This document shows, piece after piece, positions 51,635 through 62,702 of a stretch of DNA of 64,000 nucleotides. The first letter of the stretch is position 1; each line of letters opens with the position of its first letter. Made by a program: the position numbers and the translations under genes. The stretch is taken from contig JAAILG010000017.1 of NCBI GenBank assembly GCA_012026655.1, positions 62,001 through 126,000 on the forward strand, given 5' to 3'. The notes under the pieces were generated by a model. It worked only from the letters and a program-made list of their open reading frames with translations. It did no database searches and had not been told where the DNA came from. The DNA comes from Hydrolagus affinis. Taxonomy: Eukaryota.

Positions 51635-52658
51635 ATGCAGAACAAGTTGCTTGTTCTCACAATGACATTGTTTCTTCGGGGATTGGTTATTCCACGATGG
51701 ATGTCCCCCACTATGGGTCCCAATCATGCAGCCCCGTGACATCAGCCGTGTTAACCGAAGAACACTTGAGTGAATATGGTCATGTGGACAACAGAGAGTT
51801 CAAATACTATCTAGAACCTGCAAAGCCACCCGCGTCTTCTGGGGTAGAAAGTCCACGGATTGAGATCACACCATCGCCTGGACTGTTTTATGCAGCTTCA
51901 CTTGCTGCTGGAGTTCCTCGTGAACAATATTCCCCCGTGACTTCCAGGTCTACTTTGCCAGTACCAGGTCCTGAGAACAATGCTTACAGAGACCCCTTCA
52001 GTCCAGCTAGCAGTGCCTCTTCCACAAGTTGTAATTCCTACGTGTCTCACGAGTCAAGCTGTTCCCATTATGGCTTATCCCCTCAGACATCTCCTGTAAC
52101 ATCCCCGTGCGTCTCACCAAAGAATGTTAGCTCAAATGAATATCAAGTTCCAGTTCAAGCTTCTCACCATTCTCCAAGAACCTCTCCTGCCAACTCACCG
52201 ACCACTCACATTGAAAACTGGCCCGGACCACGATCACCGTCTCCGTCACCCAGACATTCTTCAAGATCATCTTCGCCTATTGGAAAGAGGAGGTATTCCT
52301 GTGATCGTTCGAGAACTCCTTCACCGCAAGCTTCGCCAAGAGTTGTAACAAGAGATGAGTCCACTTTCCATCCATGTTCTAACGCTAGTCTAGCTGAAGC
52401 AATGAGCACTCTCACCACAGATCCCAACAACGATTCAGGTGAAATTTGGGGGAAAGCTCGCATCGTCGATCTTCCTCCACCAACCTCCCTTAAAACTGAC
52501 ATGAGCAGAAGTGAAAAGCACCCTATCTTTTCCATGACGGATACCTTGGACTTTGCAGGAATTTGCCAGGGGCTGAAGAAAGATATTTATAATCCTGAAA
52601 CCGTTTTTCTGATGCCTCCTCACCCTTTGCAATGGTCAAAACCCAAACCTCACTGTGG
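51635..52658 (+). CDS. NFATC2: NFATC2 exon 2 (NFAT homology/regulatory region)
   Basis: tttcag|at gca...tgt gg|gtgagt; 1024 bp; calcineurin docking PRIEIT at 51853-51870 (SPRIEITPS as in NFATC2), SRR-1 FSPASSASSTS, SP repeats SPQTSPVTSP/SPRTSPANSP/SPQASPRV, NLS KRRYS. Confidence 0.95.
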
Positions 52659-53571
52659 GTGAGTTTTACGTTGACACACTACATTCTGATCTTAAAAATC
52701 AAACTGAAAATTTCATGCATGTTTCCAACAGAGGAACTATTAATTTTTAAAAATTATTCTTCCCATTTTAAACTCATTTAGGGCATTTGATAGGAATGTA
52801 TTTCTCTGGATTCCATATAAAATCTACAAAGGCTTCTAACCTATGTAATGTTGCTGATTTTCTTTTTGCTTTACAAACCTAGACTTATGATCGATCTATA
52901 GTGAGGATGAAAGTGATTACTTTCTTGATTAATTGATCTACCTGCACAGATTGGTGACTGTGATAGACGCGCTTGTTTGTCTATCCTGTACAGCTATAGC
53001 TGGGGTGAATGAGGTCAGACTAAGGGTGGTTAGGAGCAGATAGTTACAGCGTAATCGCTCTGTCTTTCCTCTTTCAAAATGTCTGCCATACTAGTGTAGA
53101 AAAGAGCTCTTGTTCAAGTAGCTGTAAAAACAATTGCGCTGTCAATGATATTGAGGAATACGGCTCATTGGAAGCTGATTAAAATAAGTGTCACAAAGCA
53201 AGATAACTATATATATTGTATATATATTTATATATATGTTACCTAATATATATTCTATATACATATGACTTCTACTGGCTAATTTGTGTCTGGAATGTGT
53301 TGCTGAACGATTGAAAGAGTGATCGCTGGGTGCTTGTATTGTCCTGTGACCTCTTATCCCCTATTCTAAATCATTACTTTTGTTTTCTTACATCCAGTGA
53401 TGCTTAAATTAAAACATTGGTTCAAAATTAACCAAACCTCCTCAAAGCAATTATTTCAAGTGTACAGAATCCCAATTTAATTCGTTTGGGTACAAGTGAT
53501 GCTTGATACTCAGATGGGAAGATGGTATTCTGGACAATCTTGAAAAATTAGATTAAATGATAATAATAAAT

Positions 53572-53775
53572 GCCTAATAATAATCCCTCCAAAAAAAATA
53601 AAAAAAATTGGTCATTTCAAACCACAACTGTTTGATAGACACTGCTGTGTGCAATTGGCTGCCGCATTTCACCCACAAATATAACCCATTAACTTTATAG
53701 TACACTCGGTGAAGCGTTTGAGACATCTAGAAGACGTGAAAAGTGCTATACCAAATGTAAGGATTATTATTATTA
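53572..53775 (+). mobile_element. SINE copy in NFATC2 intron 2
   Basis: gcctaataataatccctc...gacactgctgtgtgcaattggctgccgc...aaatgtaaggattattatt. Confidence 0.88.
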
Positions 53776-53914
53776 AATGAGCCAAAGAGTCTCCTTCTAC
53801 CTAACTGATCTTGTGCTGCCGTTCTATACTGTTGCACTGTGTAGTAGAGTGCCCTAAATAAACTGTATCGTTACTACCATTTATTGATTTTAAAATTATC
53901 CTCTTATCATCATG

Positions 53915-54180
53915 TAAATTGGGACGTCCTCCTGCCTTGAAAGGCGCTATATAAGTGTAATTTTTTGTTGTTGTTGTAAGTCTTTCGCCTTGCTCCTTCC
54001 CTTGCCTCCTTCAAGACCGGTCTCAAGACCCTCCTCTTCAACCGTGCCTTCATTTGCCCTCCTACCTCTCTGCCTCCCCTCATCCCAATCCTGACCCCTG
54101 ACTGTTCAGTGTCTTGGCACATCCTCCCAGCGTGAAAGGCTGTAATTTTTAATTACAAATGTAATTTTGTTGTTGTTGTA
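53915..54180 (+). mobile_element. Two tandem L2 3' tails
   Basis: ttgggacgtcctcctgccttgaaaggcgctatataagtgtaa(ttg)n followed by a second L2 ORF2-end/UTR/(ttg)n unit. Confidence 0.82.
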
Positions 54181-54557
54181 AGAGAATTCTAAAACGGATT
54201 GAGAAGAAGGTTGAGTCAGATCCAGATACTTGTATTTAGATGCCGGGAACAGCTGAGCAAACGAAAAGGCTTTATCCTGCGCTTTTCTGCCATTTGACAT
54301 TCTTCATCCACTGAAAGGGCACGAGGGCGATTCTTTCATACCTGTTTGCTGCTTAAAGGTTAGCATGGGCTTTTCCCCCCCGTGAAAGAATTTCGGACGT
54401 TTATCATCACTGGTTGAGATACTCTTATTTATTGTTTAGGCCAATGTTTTTTTCCCAAAAGAAAAATTCATCTCTGTATGTTAATTATGTCAATAGATAA
54501 CATAAGATTGGAAGCAATTCAACAAACCTATCTCCCCTTCCTTTTACTCTCATGCAG

Positions 54558-54720
54558 CATCGCTTCCCTTCCTCCCTTGGAATGGCAGCTCCCGTGTAAA
54601 TCAGGACAGTATGAACTCGAGATCGAAGTCCAACCTAAGCCTCACCATCGGGCTCACTACGAAACTGAAGGCAGTCGCGGGGCAGTCAAATCTCCCTCAG
54701 GATGTCACCCCGTTGTCCAG
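54558..54720 (+). CDS. NFATC2: NFATC2 exon 3 (start of Rel homology domain)
   Basis: atgcag|c atc...cag|gtaaca; 163 bp, [54 protein letters not shown]; [11 protein letters not shown]-recognition loop; ASLPPLEW and QPKPHH are NFATC2-type. Confidence 0.96.
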
Positions 54721-54850
54721 GTAACATATTTAAGCATAAAACTCATTTGCTTCTATATAAAACCAAAGTGTTACGCACAAGAGATATGAACACCATCTTG
54801 ATCAAAGGCTGCACTTCAATTTCAATATTCCTTTTTGCTTCAGTTTCTAT

Positions 54851-54881
<31 letters not shown>
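54851..54881. repeat. (GCAC)n microsatellite
   Basis: gcacgcacgcacgcacgcacgcacgcacgca. Confidence 0.95.
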
Positions 54882-57727
54882 CTCCAAGGTTGTTTGTGGG
54901 ATATTCCTATGCACAAATTAGCTGCCACATTCTTCTATAAAATACATCCCTTTACAGTATATCCTGTGAAGCCCTCGATGACATGATAAGGTGTTGTATC
55001 AAATGCGAAGATTATTGTAACTCATGCTTGTATACCAGTTGCCTTTGAACATTTTTCTCAAGCTGCCAAGACAGATTAGTATATTTGACTATAATTGAGC
55101 CCAATTCTGTCCTCTGTTGACATTCCATCAGGGATCACTGGGCAGTGATTAAACACCAGAGCTCTGACTTATCTTGTAAACGCAGAGCTTCTGAGACCAA
55201 TAGTTGCTTCCTTGTGGCTGCCCTGGTTGTGATTGGATGACTTAGTTCAGATGGTGATTGAAATAACATTTTAAAAATTCAAATAGAACAGGGAGGGAAT
55301 GTTTAGTTCTGTTCTGGGTCTCTCACAAGATCATGGGATGGATTTGGATGAAGAAGCCCCCTCAGCTTATTTGATTGTGTCCTTGCTGAATACCCATTGG
55401 ATCACCCTCTGGTTACAGCATCAAGCTATATATTTTTGAATCAGTCCAGTGTCTGACCTCAACCACTCTTCCTGACAACCTGTTCTAGTCATCAATTACT
55501 CTCTGCTCTGTGATCCTTCACAAACCTCTTGAACACTTTGAGACGTTTCAAAGGCGTGACAAGGCGCTATATCAAAATCCAAATGCAAGGATTATCAAGA
55601 TTGTTTTAAAATTCATTTGACTTCCTTAAAGAAACCTACGACTCGCATTGACAGTATTGTGAACCTTGAAATGTGAAGTTCTTTAGAAGTTTCTCCTGCG
55701 AATTGACACTTGCCGTTTGTCTGTCGCCTATCAGACTTTTGCATAGTACAGTACTTGGTTGCTCTTGTTTTTTCTACTGTGGCCTTCACATGAGCTGTTC
55801 ACATCCTTTGACTGTGATCTGTGGGGTTTTTTCTGTAACCTCGATGCTTCTTCCTCTATGTTGTGTGTCTGGGCAACACACACACACACACAGACAACAT
55901 ATTTTGCAAACAGATTGCATGGGTGCACCTGATCTGAACAATGCAGTCTTTGTTTGTTTTTTGAGGAACTAAAGCCCACCGCCGCGCATACGAGAAACTA
56001 ATTTGAGAGTGAAATTAGTTCTTTTTTTTTGAGGAGCCATTTCAGGAGCAAAGCATTGATTTTGAGACCTAACATGTCTGAGGAACCTCAGTCAGAGATT
56101 GGGGGAGGCACAGAGGATATCGCATTTCCTGATTGCAATATGAAATGCAGGTAGTGGGTTTGTCGTTGCAGTTTATCGGAGGTGTGGGAGGAACATGATA
56201 AAACTAAGCATGTCTGCAATGAAACCAGAAATTGTTTAGGCAGATCTCTTGTGATCTTGTGCGTGATTTTTCTCCCAATAAAAACCCTATTAACAGCTTT
56301 AATTTAAAAGGAATATGCAAATATTAATGTTAAGATAGAAAGGACTAGGTTAATTTTTTGTGTTTTATCACATTGACTGTTTCGTAGCTTTTCACAAGTC
56401 ATTATCTATCAAGCATTGTGACTATTTTTCCATTATTATTATTATAAAATACAGCCATTAAAACATAGCTCCCATGATGGATTAGGGGACCTTCACTGCC
56501 CTGAACCTGGGCATCCTTGTCCTGTTGCTTTTGAGTACAGTATCTAAAAATAAGTTATATTTGATTTCTGCCTTTCGCTTCTGTGGTTGGCCACCAAATA
56601 TTAAATGAACCCGCTAAGAATCTGGTCTGGTGACCACACCATTTTGTTTCGGAACCAGCAGACATTGTTTAAACAGTTAGAAATCTAGGCACCTTTTCTA
56701 CTCTACTGGGTATACTGTATTTTCCACCACTGGGAAATTTATGAAACACAATCGTGAAATAAAAGAAAGGAAAAAGAAAGTCCCGAGTGTAACATATGCA
56801 TAAAATGTTTCATGGACTTAGTCTTAATGTTGCCCACTAACTTCAAGTTCACGATCACAAGGAATTTTGAGGGACGTTGCTATATGCAAATTGTCTGCAC
56901 AGTCACAAGACTTCACAGTAACTCCTGTGAAGCGCTTTGCGATGTCTTCCCGATGTGAAAGGTGCTGTAATAAATGAAAGGATTACTATTGTTCATTCAC
57001 TAACCACACAGTTATTATAGAGCAGAAGGGTAGTCTGTGGTAAGCAGGAGGCGCATTCAATGCAGTGGTGAACATGGGATGAGAGAATCTAAAACCCACA
57101 CGATAACGGACAAGTTGACAATAAAGAGTCCGAATCTACCGGCAAATATTGTGACTGTACATCAAGAGGCATTTCCGTGCCTGTGTCATCCCATTGTATC
57201 AGGCGTCCGTCATTGCTAAAGAAAATAAGTGCCACACAGGATGACTGCTTTCACTGCTGTGGTTTGATTTGTGAACAGGGACTCAGATTCAGGCCACTTT
57301 AGCTTTCTGATCATGGCTATTTAAAGCACCTCTTGACGTGACCAGACATTCTTGGTGCACCTTTCCATACTGTGGTTACTAATTGTGTTGGGGGTTTGGT
57401 TTTGGGTTCTGATTCCACGACCCTTTCTTTTCTAAACAATGCCATTGCAGCTGCTAACGACGTTTGTTTTTCTTCTCTTCACAAGCCTTTCTCTTACATT
57501 TTTTTTTGCTTATAGTATCCTGAAGGTTGTCTGCTTCCAGAGAAATGAATAACACAAGAGAAGGCCATTTGGCCCAATGTGTTTGTGCCCGTTCTTTTAA
57601 AGTGCAGGTCTTTCAGTTACTTTCCCAGGTGACAATTCTTCATGGGCAAGATGAAGTAGTGAGATTTGACAGGTTTGCAGCCAAGTCTAATTGTGTTCAC
57701 AAACCCCCATACACACAAACATGGAAC

Positions 57728-57993
57728 CTGTGTTTCGAATCCAGGCAGGACAGGGCAAAACCTTGGGCAAGTTTCCTTACTCCACACGCCTGATAATAAT
57801 CCGTCAAAAAAGAACGATAATAAACTGGTCATTTCAATCCACAACTGTTTGTAGGACACCACTGTGCGCAATTGGCCGCCGCATTTCACCCACAAATATC
57901 CAGTCAATTCACTTTACAATATATTCTGTGAAATGCTTTGAGATGTCTAGAAGATGTGAAAAGCGCTGTATCAAATGTAAGGATTATTATTAT
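57728..57993 (+). mobile_element. SINE copy (B box onward) in NFATC2 intron 3
   Basis: gtttcgaatccaggcagg..aaccttgggcaagtttccttactccacacgcc...aaatgtaaggattattatt. Confidence 0.9.
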
Positions 57994-58754
57994 TAGATAC
58001 ATACATACACACACATACCTCCATACCACATACACACATATGCAGACCTTCAAGCTGGCATGTCTCATGTTGTGAGAACCCTGACTGATTTTTTTAAAAT
58101 TCTGGAGTTGGGTATGACAGGTGACTGTCCCGTTGTATTTTTTTTCTCAGAAAAACAAAGATGTTGCCTTTTGGTTGTTTCTTTTCACGATGCATTTTTC
58201 TGTTTCTGCCTCCGCCCTTTATTGCCGCAGCTGTGTGAGCCCTTTCGATGTTGTAGCCCACGTAAATGATAGAATCTGTGAGAATTGGCTGGCACTTTGG
58301 TGCTGCAGTTTGCATTATGTTGCAAACAGTTTAGCGGTGCCATTCGTAGGAAAGGCGAGTTACCTAGAAAGTGGAAAATCTTCATCATTTGATCTCTGCA
58401 CAAATTAACATTTAACCCCGTAGCTTCCTGTTCCACATTTCCTTTGCACGGACAAACACCATCTGTAGAATTACAAGGCTGAATATTTCTTCTCTGTTCC
58501 ATTATCTCCCCTCTTCTCCTGAATACAGTGACTCATGTTAGAGGTATGGTGGCAGCCGTCCAGTATCTCCGACATTCTTTGTGTGTCACTGTAAGTTTCA
58601 TTCCCATGGTTCATCACAGCCAAGTCCTACTGCAATGTTCATTACAGACATTGCAGTTTCCAATATGGTGCTCTAGTCAAGCCTCACCTTTAGTGCTGCA
58701 TACAGTTCTGTTCACCGTGGCATAAGAGAGAAGGAAAGGATGCCTTCACCCAGG

Positions 58755-58885
58755 AGGCAGTGCCAAGGAAAGCAATGACGATGATCCCTAGTTTTAGACA
58801 GATGAGCTATGAGGAAGAATTTGAACTAGGCCTTCAACTTGAGACATTATAGGAGCTATACAGGATGCCAAATGGGAATAGTAAC
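58755..58885 (+). mobile_element. Degenerate CR1 ORF2 C-terminal fragment
   Basis: gcaatgacgatgatccctagttttagacagatgagctatgaggaa resembles A..MIP....MSYEE of CR1 ORF2. Confidence 0.55.
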
Positions 58886-61800
58886 TGAGAAAATACCACA
58901 ACAAAACTACATTTTTAGAGCGCCTTTCAAGTTGGGAGGATATCACAAAGCGCTGATAAATAAGCCATGATTAAAATCGCAGTAAAATTGGAAGGTAATA
59001 CAGGGTGGTTGAGTTCACACACTGGATTCATCTAAGGAAGAACTTAATGCTGTAATGGGAAGCCAGTAGTTTGGCTTGTGTGGGGAGAGGTGGGCGCGGT
59101 GGGGATGGAGAACATAGAAGATCAGCAGCACCAGACTTCCCTCATTCCACTTTCTTTTTTCATTCTAATTTCTCGACTAAAAACATTCAGGAAAAAGAAA
59201 GTAAACGTTTTAACTTGTTTCATGAAAAGCTGGAGTGAGAGACGAAACTGGAGAGTATTATTCTTGGATTTTTCTAATTTCATGAAAAACTTGGAATAAG
59301 ATTTTCTTAAGCAAGAAAGTTATTGTTGGCACAGTACTAAAGGTAGCTTGAACATACCTTTCATTGAGTTCAGATGTTCTCGCCACACTGATCTTTTATC
59401 GAAAGGATATCCCTTAACACATGATGTCAGAAATTAACCTTTATGCTACACCCAGAGCTTACCCCACTAGCACAAAACTAAGGGTTGATGCTCCCTGGCT
59501 GCTCAGAGCTGTGACTTTTGCACCATTCATTTAGAACCGATAGTGCTAAAGGTATGTATACGTGAGCACATACAATCTAATGTATTGCATACCTTACATA
59601 AGCAGCAAAAACAACAAGAGTGAAACAGATGAAGCATTAACAGATTTACCTCTCCTCCCTGGGTAGATCTTTTTAAATATCCTTTAAATACTGGAATCGA
59701 ATGTTCAACACCTTCTGGTAAATCTGCCTCGCATACTTAAAAAACAAAAAGTTACAGTGCTTAGAAATTTATGAATAGTCACGGGTACTATAAACGTCAC
59801 TTCATCGGGATTCAAGTGTAAACTGAATGTAACAAAAAACCTATGACATTTCCACTTGGATGGTACTATATCTTTACAACTGTAGCTTTGACTGTGGTGA
59901 CCGTGGCAATTGTTCACCCACGAAACAGAGTCCCTACACTGCACAGTAAATTCTGTAAAGCGCTTTGAGATGTCCTCCTGACATGAAAAGAGCCATACCA
60001 TATCTTCGTGGCAACCCATTGACAACTGGAATAGGTTGTCAGGAAGCATAGCAGAGGCCACGAAAGAGGAGTCAGTTCAATAATTTTATATAGTAATGGG
60101 AATGCATTCGTATTCAGGACTCTTCTGTGATCTTTTGTTCCCTTACAAACCCTCAAAACGTCAGGAGGATGTTTTGGGGAATGAAAATTTTGAAAATGTT
60201 GAACCAATTAACTATTTCAATGTGACCAAGATAGCAGCACAGACCACCAAAGTGGCCAGGTTTATAATTGAATCATTGTGTTAATTTTTATTTGTCTATA
60301 AAGAGGAAATGAACTATACAGTTTGATATTGTGTGCTCTAGACAAAGCTCTTTGCTTTACTTTGGCTTCTAGTCTACGTGAGGTTTATATAAATGTTTGA
60401 ATCTGGAACTTAGGGTACTTTACTTTAAAAATAAGAGGAAACTACAGAGCCAACGTTGTTCAGCTATTGAACTTGAGATCTCAGAGGACACTGGTGCTTT
60501 CATCTACTTGAGTGCCTGCTATCCTGGCCAGTTATTCAACTATGCAATTAATCAAGCTCCGCACACCATGTGATTTTTAAGCTGTGTTCTAAAAACATCT
60601 TGCATTTGTTGTGTGCTATGTCCTGAAGTCCCCTTGGGAGGAACAGAATAGGGCGGCAGTGGATAAAAATAAACATAGGGCATTTGCAAACGATTTGCAT
60701 TAGGTTATCACATTGCTCGTGCTACTCAAACACATTGGTAATGAAAGCATCTTTATTTGTTTGCATGCCGCACGCCTATTTGTAAAAAAAACAAACGAAA
60801 CCATAGCAAGATAAACTATCTCTAGTCTGGGACTTTGCATCTTGGCTCAAACATCCTGCACCGTGTTTTGCTAGTTTTAATGACGGAGATCAAATACCAG
60901 GTGATTCAATTCCACTAATGGACTATTTGTTGAACTCAGTGTAAAAATAATATAATAATACTTGTGTCTGATACAGCATCTTTCACATATCCTGAGACTG
61001 TCTCAAAGTGCTTCACGAGATCTTATTGTTCAGTGTTGTGCAGGCAAATGTAGCAGATAATTTGTGCACAGCAAATGCCCTACAAACAGCCGTGAGATTT
61101 TAGTGCTATTAGTGAGATATTAGTGCAGATATCACTGCTCCTCAGCAACACATTAAAGTCTGAGGTGAAAAGAGGCGGGGTGAGGCAATTATCAAATGGG
61201 GGCCTTATCACAGGCCTTTATGAAAGACATCTTGCGGTAGTAACATTGAAACTTGAGCGATTGCTGCTGCATATCTCAGACCTGATGTTGAAGTGATTAA
61301 CAGAGGGGAAGATTTGAAAGTAACAGAGAGGATTCACTGCGTCTGACTCCTCATCAAACTTATAAGGTTGCTGGACAGTCTTCAATGTAACTTTATAGTT
61401 TCAATGCGCAGCGTCTTATGACAGCGATAACTCTGTGAAATTTGATACACATGATACTGATGCTTGTTATCAGTGATGATTTATAGCGATATATGTGCGA
61501 GACCTGCCTCATGATTTTTTCGGAGGGTTGCTTGCTGGAGGGTTGTGCTGACTAAACTTCAATTGTGCCCTCGCTTTTAAACGTTATGTGTTAAAAGCCA
61601 AGCCTGATTTTGTCTTTACCCAATATCCACACAAATCCGTCTTCCAGCAGACATGTTTGCATCAGAAGCTGGAGCCTGGCCGACATTTTTTCTCTTCTCC
61701 AAAACAAAAGTGAGGCACTCAATTCACTGACACAGCCGAGTCGGCTGAGGTCAACCAGCTCTTTGACGTGTGAATAATGACATCATGGACGAGATCCCAG

Positions 61801-62112
61801 AGTGCAGCTAGCGCCGATGGAATGATATAGCCAGTCGAAGGAGGAAGGGAGCCAAACCACTTGTGGGAGGGTGGGTGGGTGGGTGGTGGTGGGGGAAGAC
61901 AAATTGATGAAGAAGAACTCAGTGAGTGTTGAAGGCCTTATAAGCTAATTCAAAGAAAGGTCCCGTTGTTTAAAAGCGATAATGAACTTGGGAGTGCTTA
62001 TTGAACTGTGATTCAAAGTTCTCGCGGTCTTTCCTCACCCTCATGAGAAGTATCCCAAAATGATTTAATGTTCCTCGAGAGCCTCAATATAAGTTGTTTT
62101 GTTGTTTGCCAG

Positions 62113-62315
62113 CTCCATGGTTACGTGGACAACAAGCCCCTCAGCCTGCAGATTTTTATCGGAACAGCGGACGACCGGCTATTACGCCCACACGCCTTCT
62201 ACCAAGTCCACCGTATCACCGGGAAGACCGTTTCGACCACCAGCTATGAGAAAATCTGCGGAAACACCAAGGTGCTAGAGATTCCACTCCTGCCAGAGAA
62301 CAACATGAGAGCAAT
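62113..62315 (+). CDS. NFATC2: NFATC2 exon 4 (Rel homology domain); gene continues beyond the window
   Basis: tgccag|ctc...gca at|gtaaga; 203 bp, [67 protein letters not shown]. Confidence 0.96.
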
Positions 62316-62330
62316 GTAAGAAAACTTTGT

Positions 62331-62702
62331 TTCTTCATGGCCTTGCCCCCTTCTATCTCTCTGATCTGCTGTCCCCCTATGAACCTGCCTGCCCCCTCCA
62401 TTCAGCGGTCTCCGGTCTGCTCCATATCCCCCTCCTGACCGCCTTACCAGCCTCTCTGCCCCCACTCTCTAGAACTCCATCTTCACCTCGTTTTTTCTCT
62501 TGCCTCCTTCAAGGCCAGTCTCAAGACCCTCCTCTTCGATCGTGCCTTCTGCTGCCCTCCCAATTCTCCTCCTCACCTCTTAACTCTCTTCTGCCCCTCC
62601 CCCCTACCCTGCCCCTCTCCCTTGCTTGGGTCCCAATCTGTCTGTTCAGTGCCTTGGGACATCCTCCCAACGTGGAAGGGGAGGATATGTAATTTTGTTG
62701 GT
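62331..62702 (+). mobile_element. L2-clade LINE 3' end immediately downstream of NFATC2 exon 4
   Basis: Translates LHGLAPFYLSDLLSPYEPACPLHSAVSGLLHIP (typical L2 ORF2 C-terminus), followed by the same 3' UTR and a (ttg)n tail. Confidence 0.9.

Noticed and set aside
51697-51699. ORF-track ATG as the NFATC2 start codon
   Set aside because: The frame is open back to the acceptor at 51635 and two upstream first exons supply start codons, so this ATG is internal.
52206-52535. Antisense and alternate-frame ORFs over NFATC2 exon 2
   Set aside because: They are shadow ORFs of a Ser/Pro-rich coding exon.
7305-57996. Recurring ORFs with TVCGTLLCAIG / KRFETSRRR / KCKDYYY peptides (e.g. 7305-7502, 8295-8525, 18628-18951, 43112-43579, 57691-57996)
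   Set aside because: They are translations of the same non-coding SINE, not a protein family.
4117-62315. Calling the genes ATP9B and NFATC1 (the paralogous pair)
   Set aside because: The ATPase C-terminus and diagnostic residues are ATP9A-type; [17 protein letters not shown] and both first exons are NFATC2-type.
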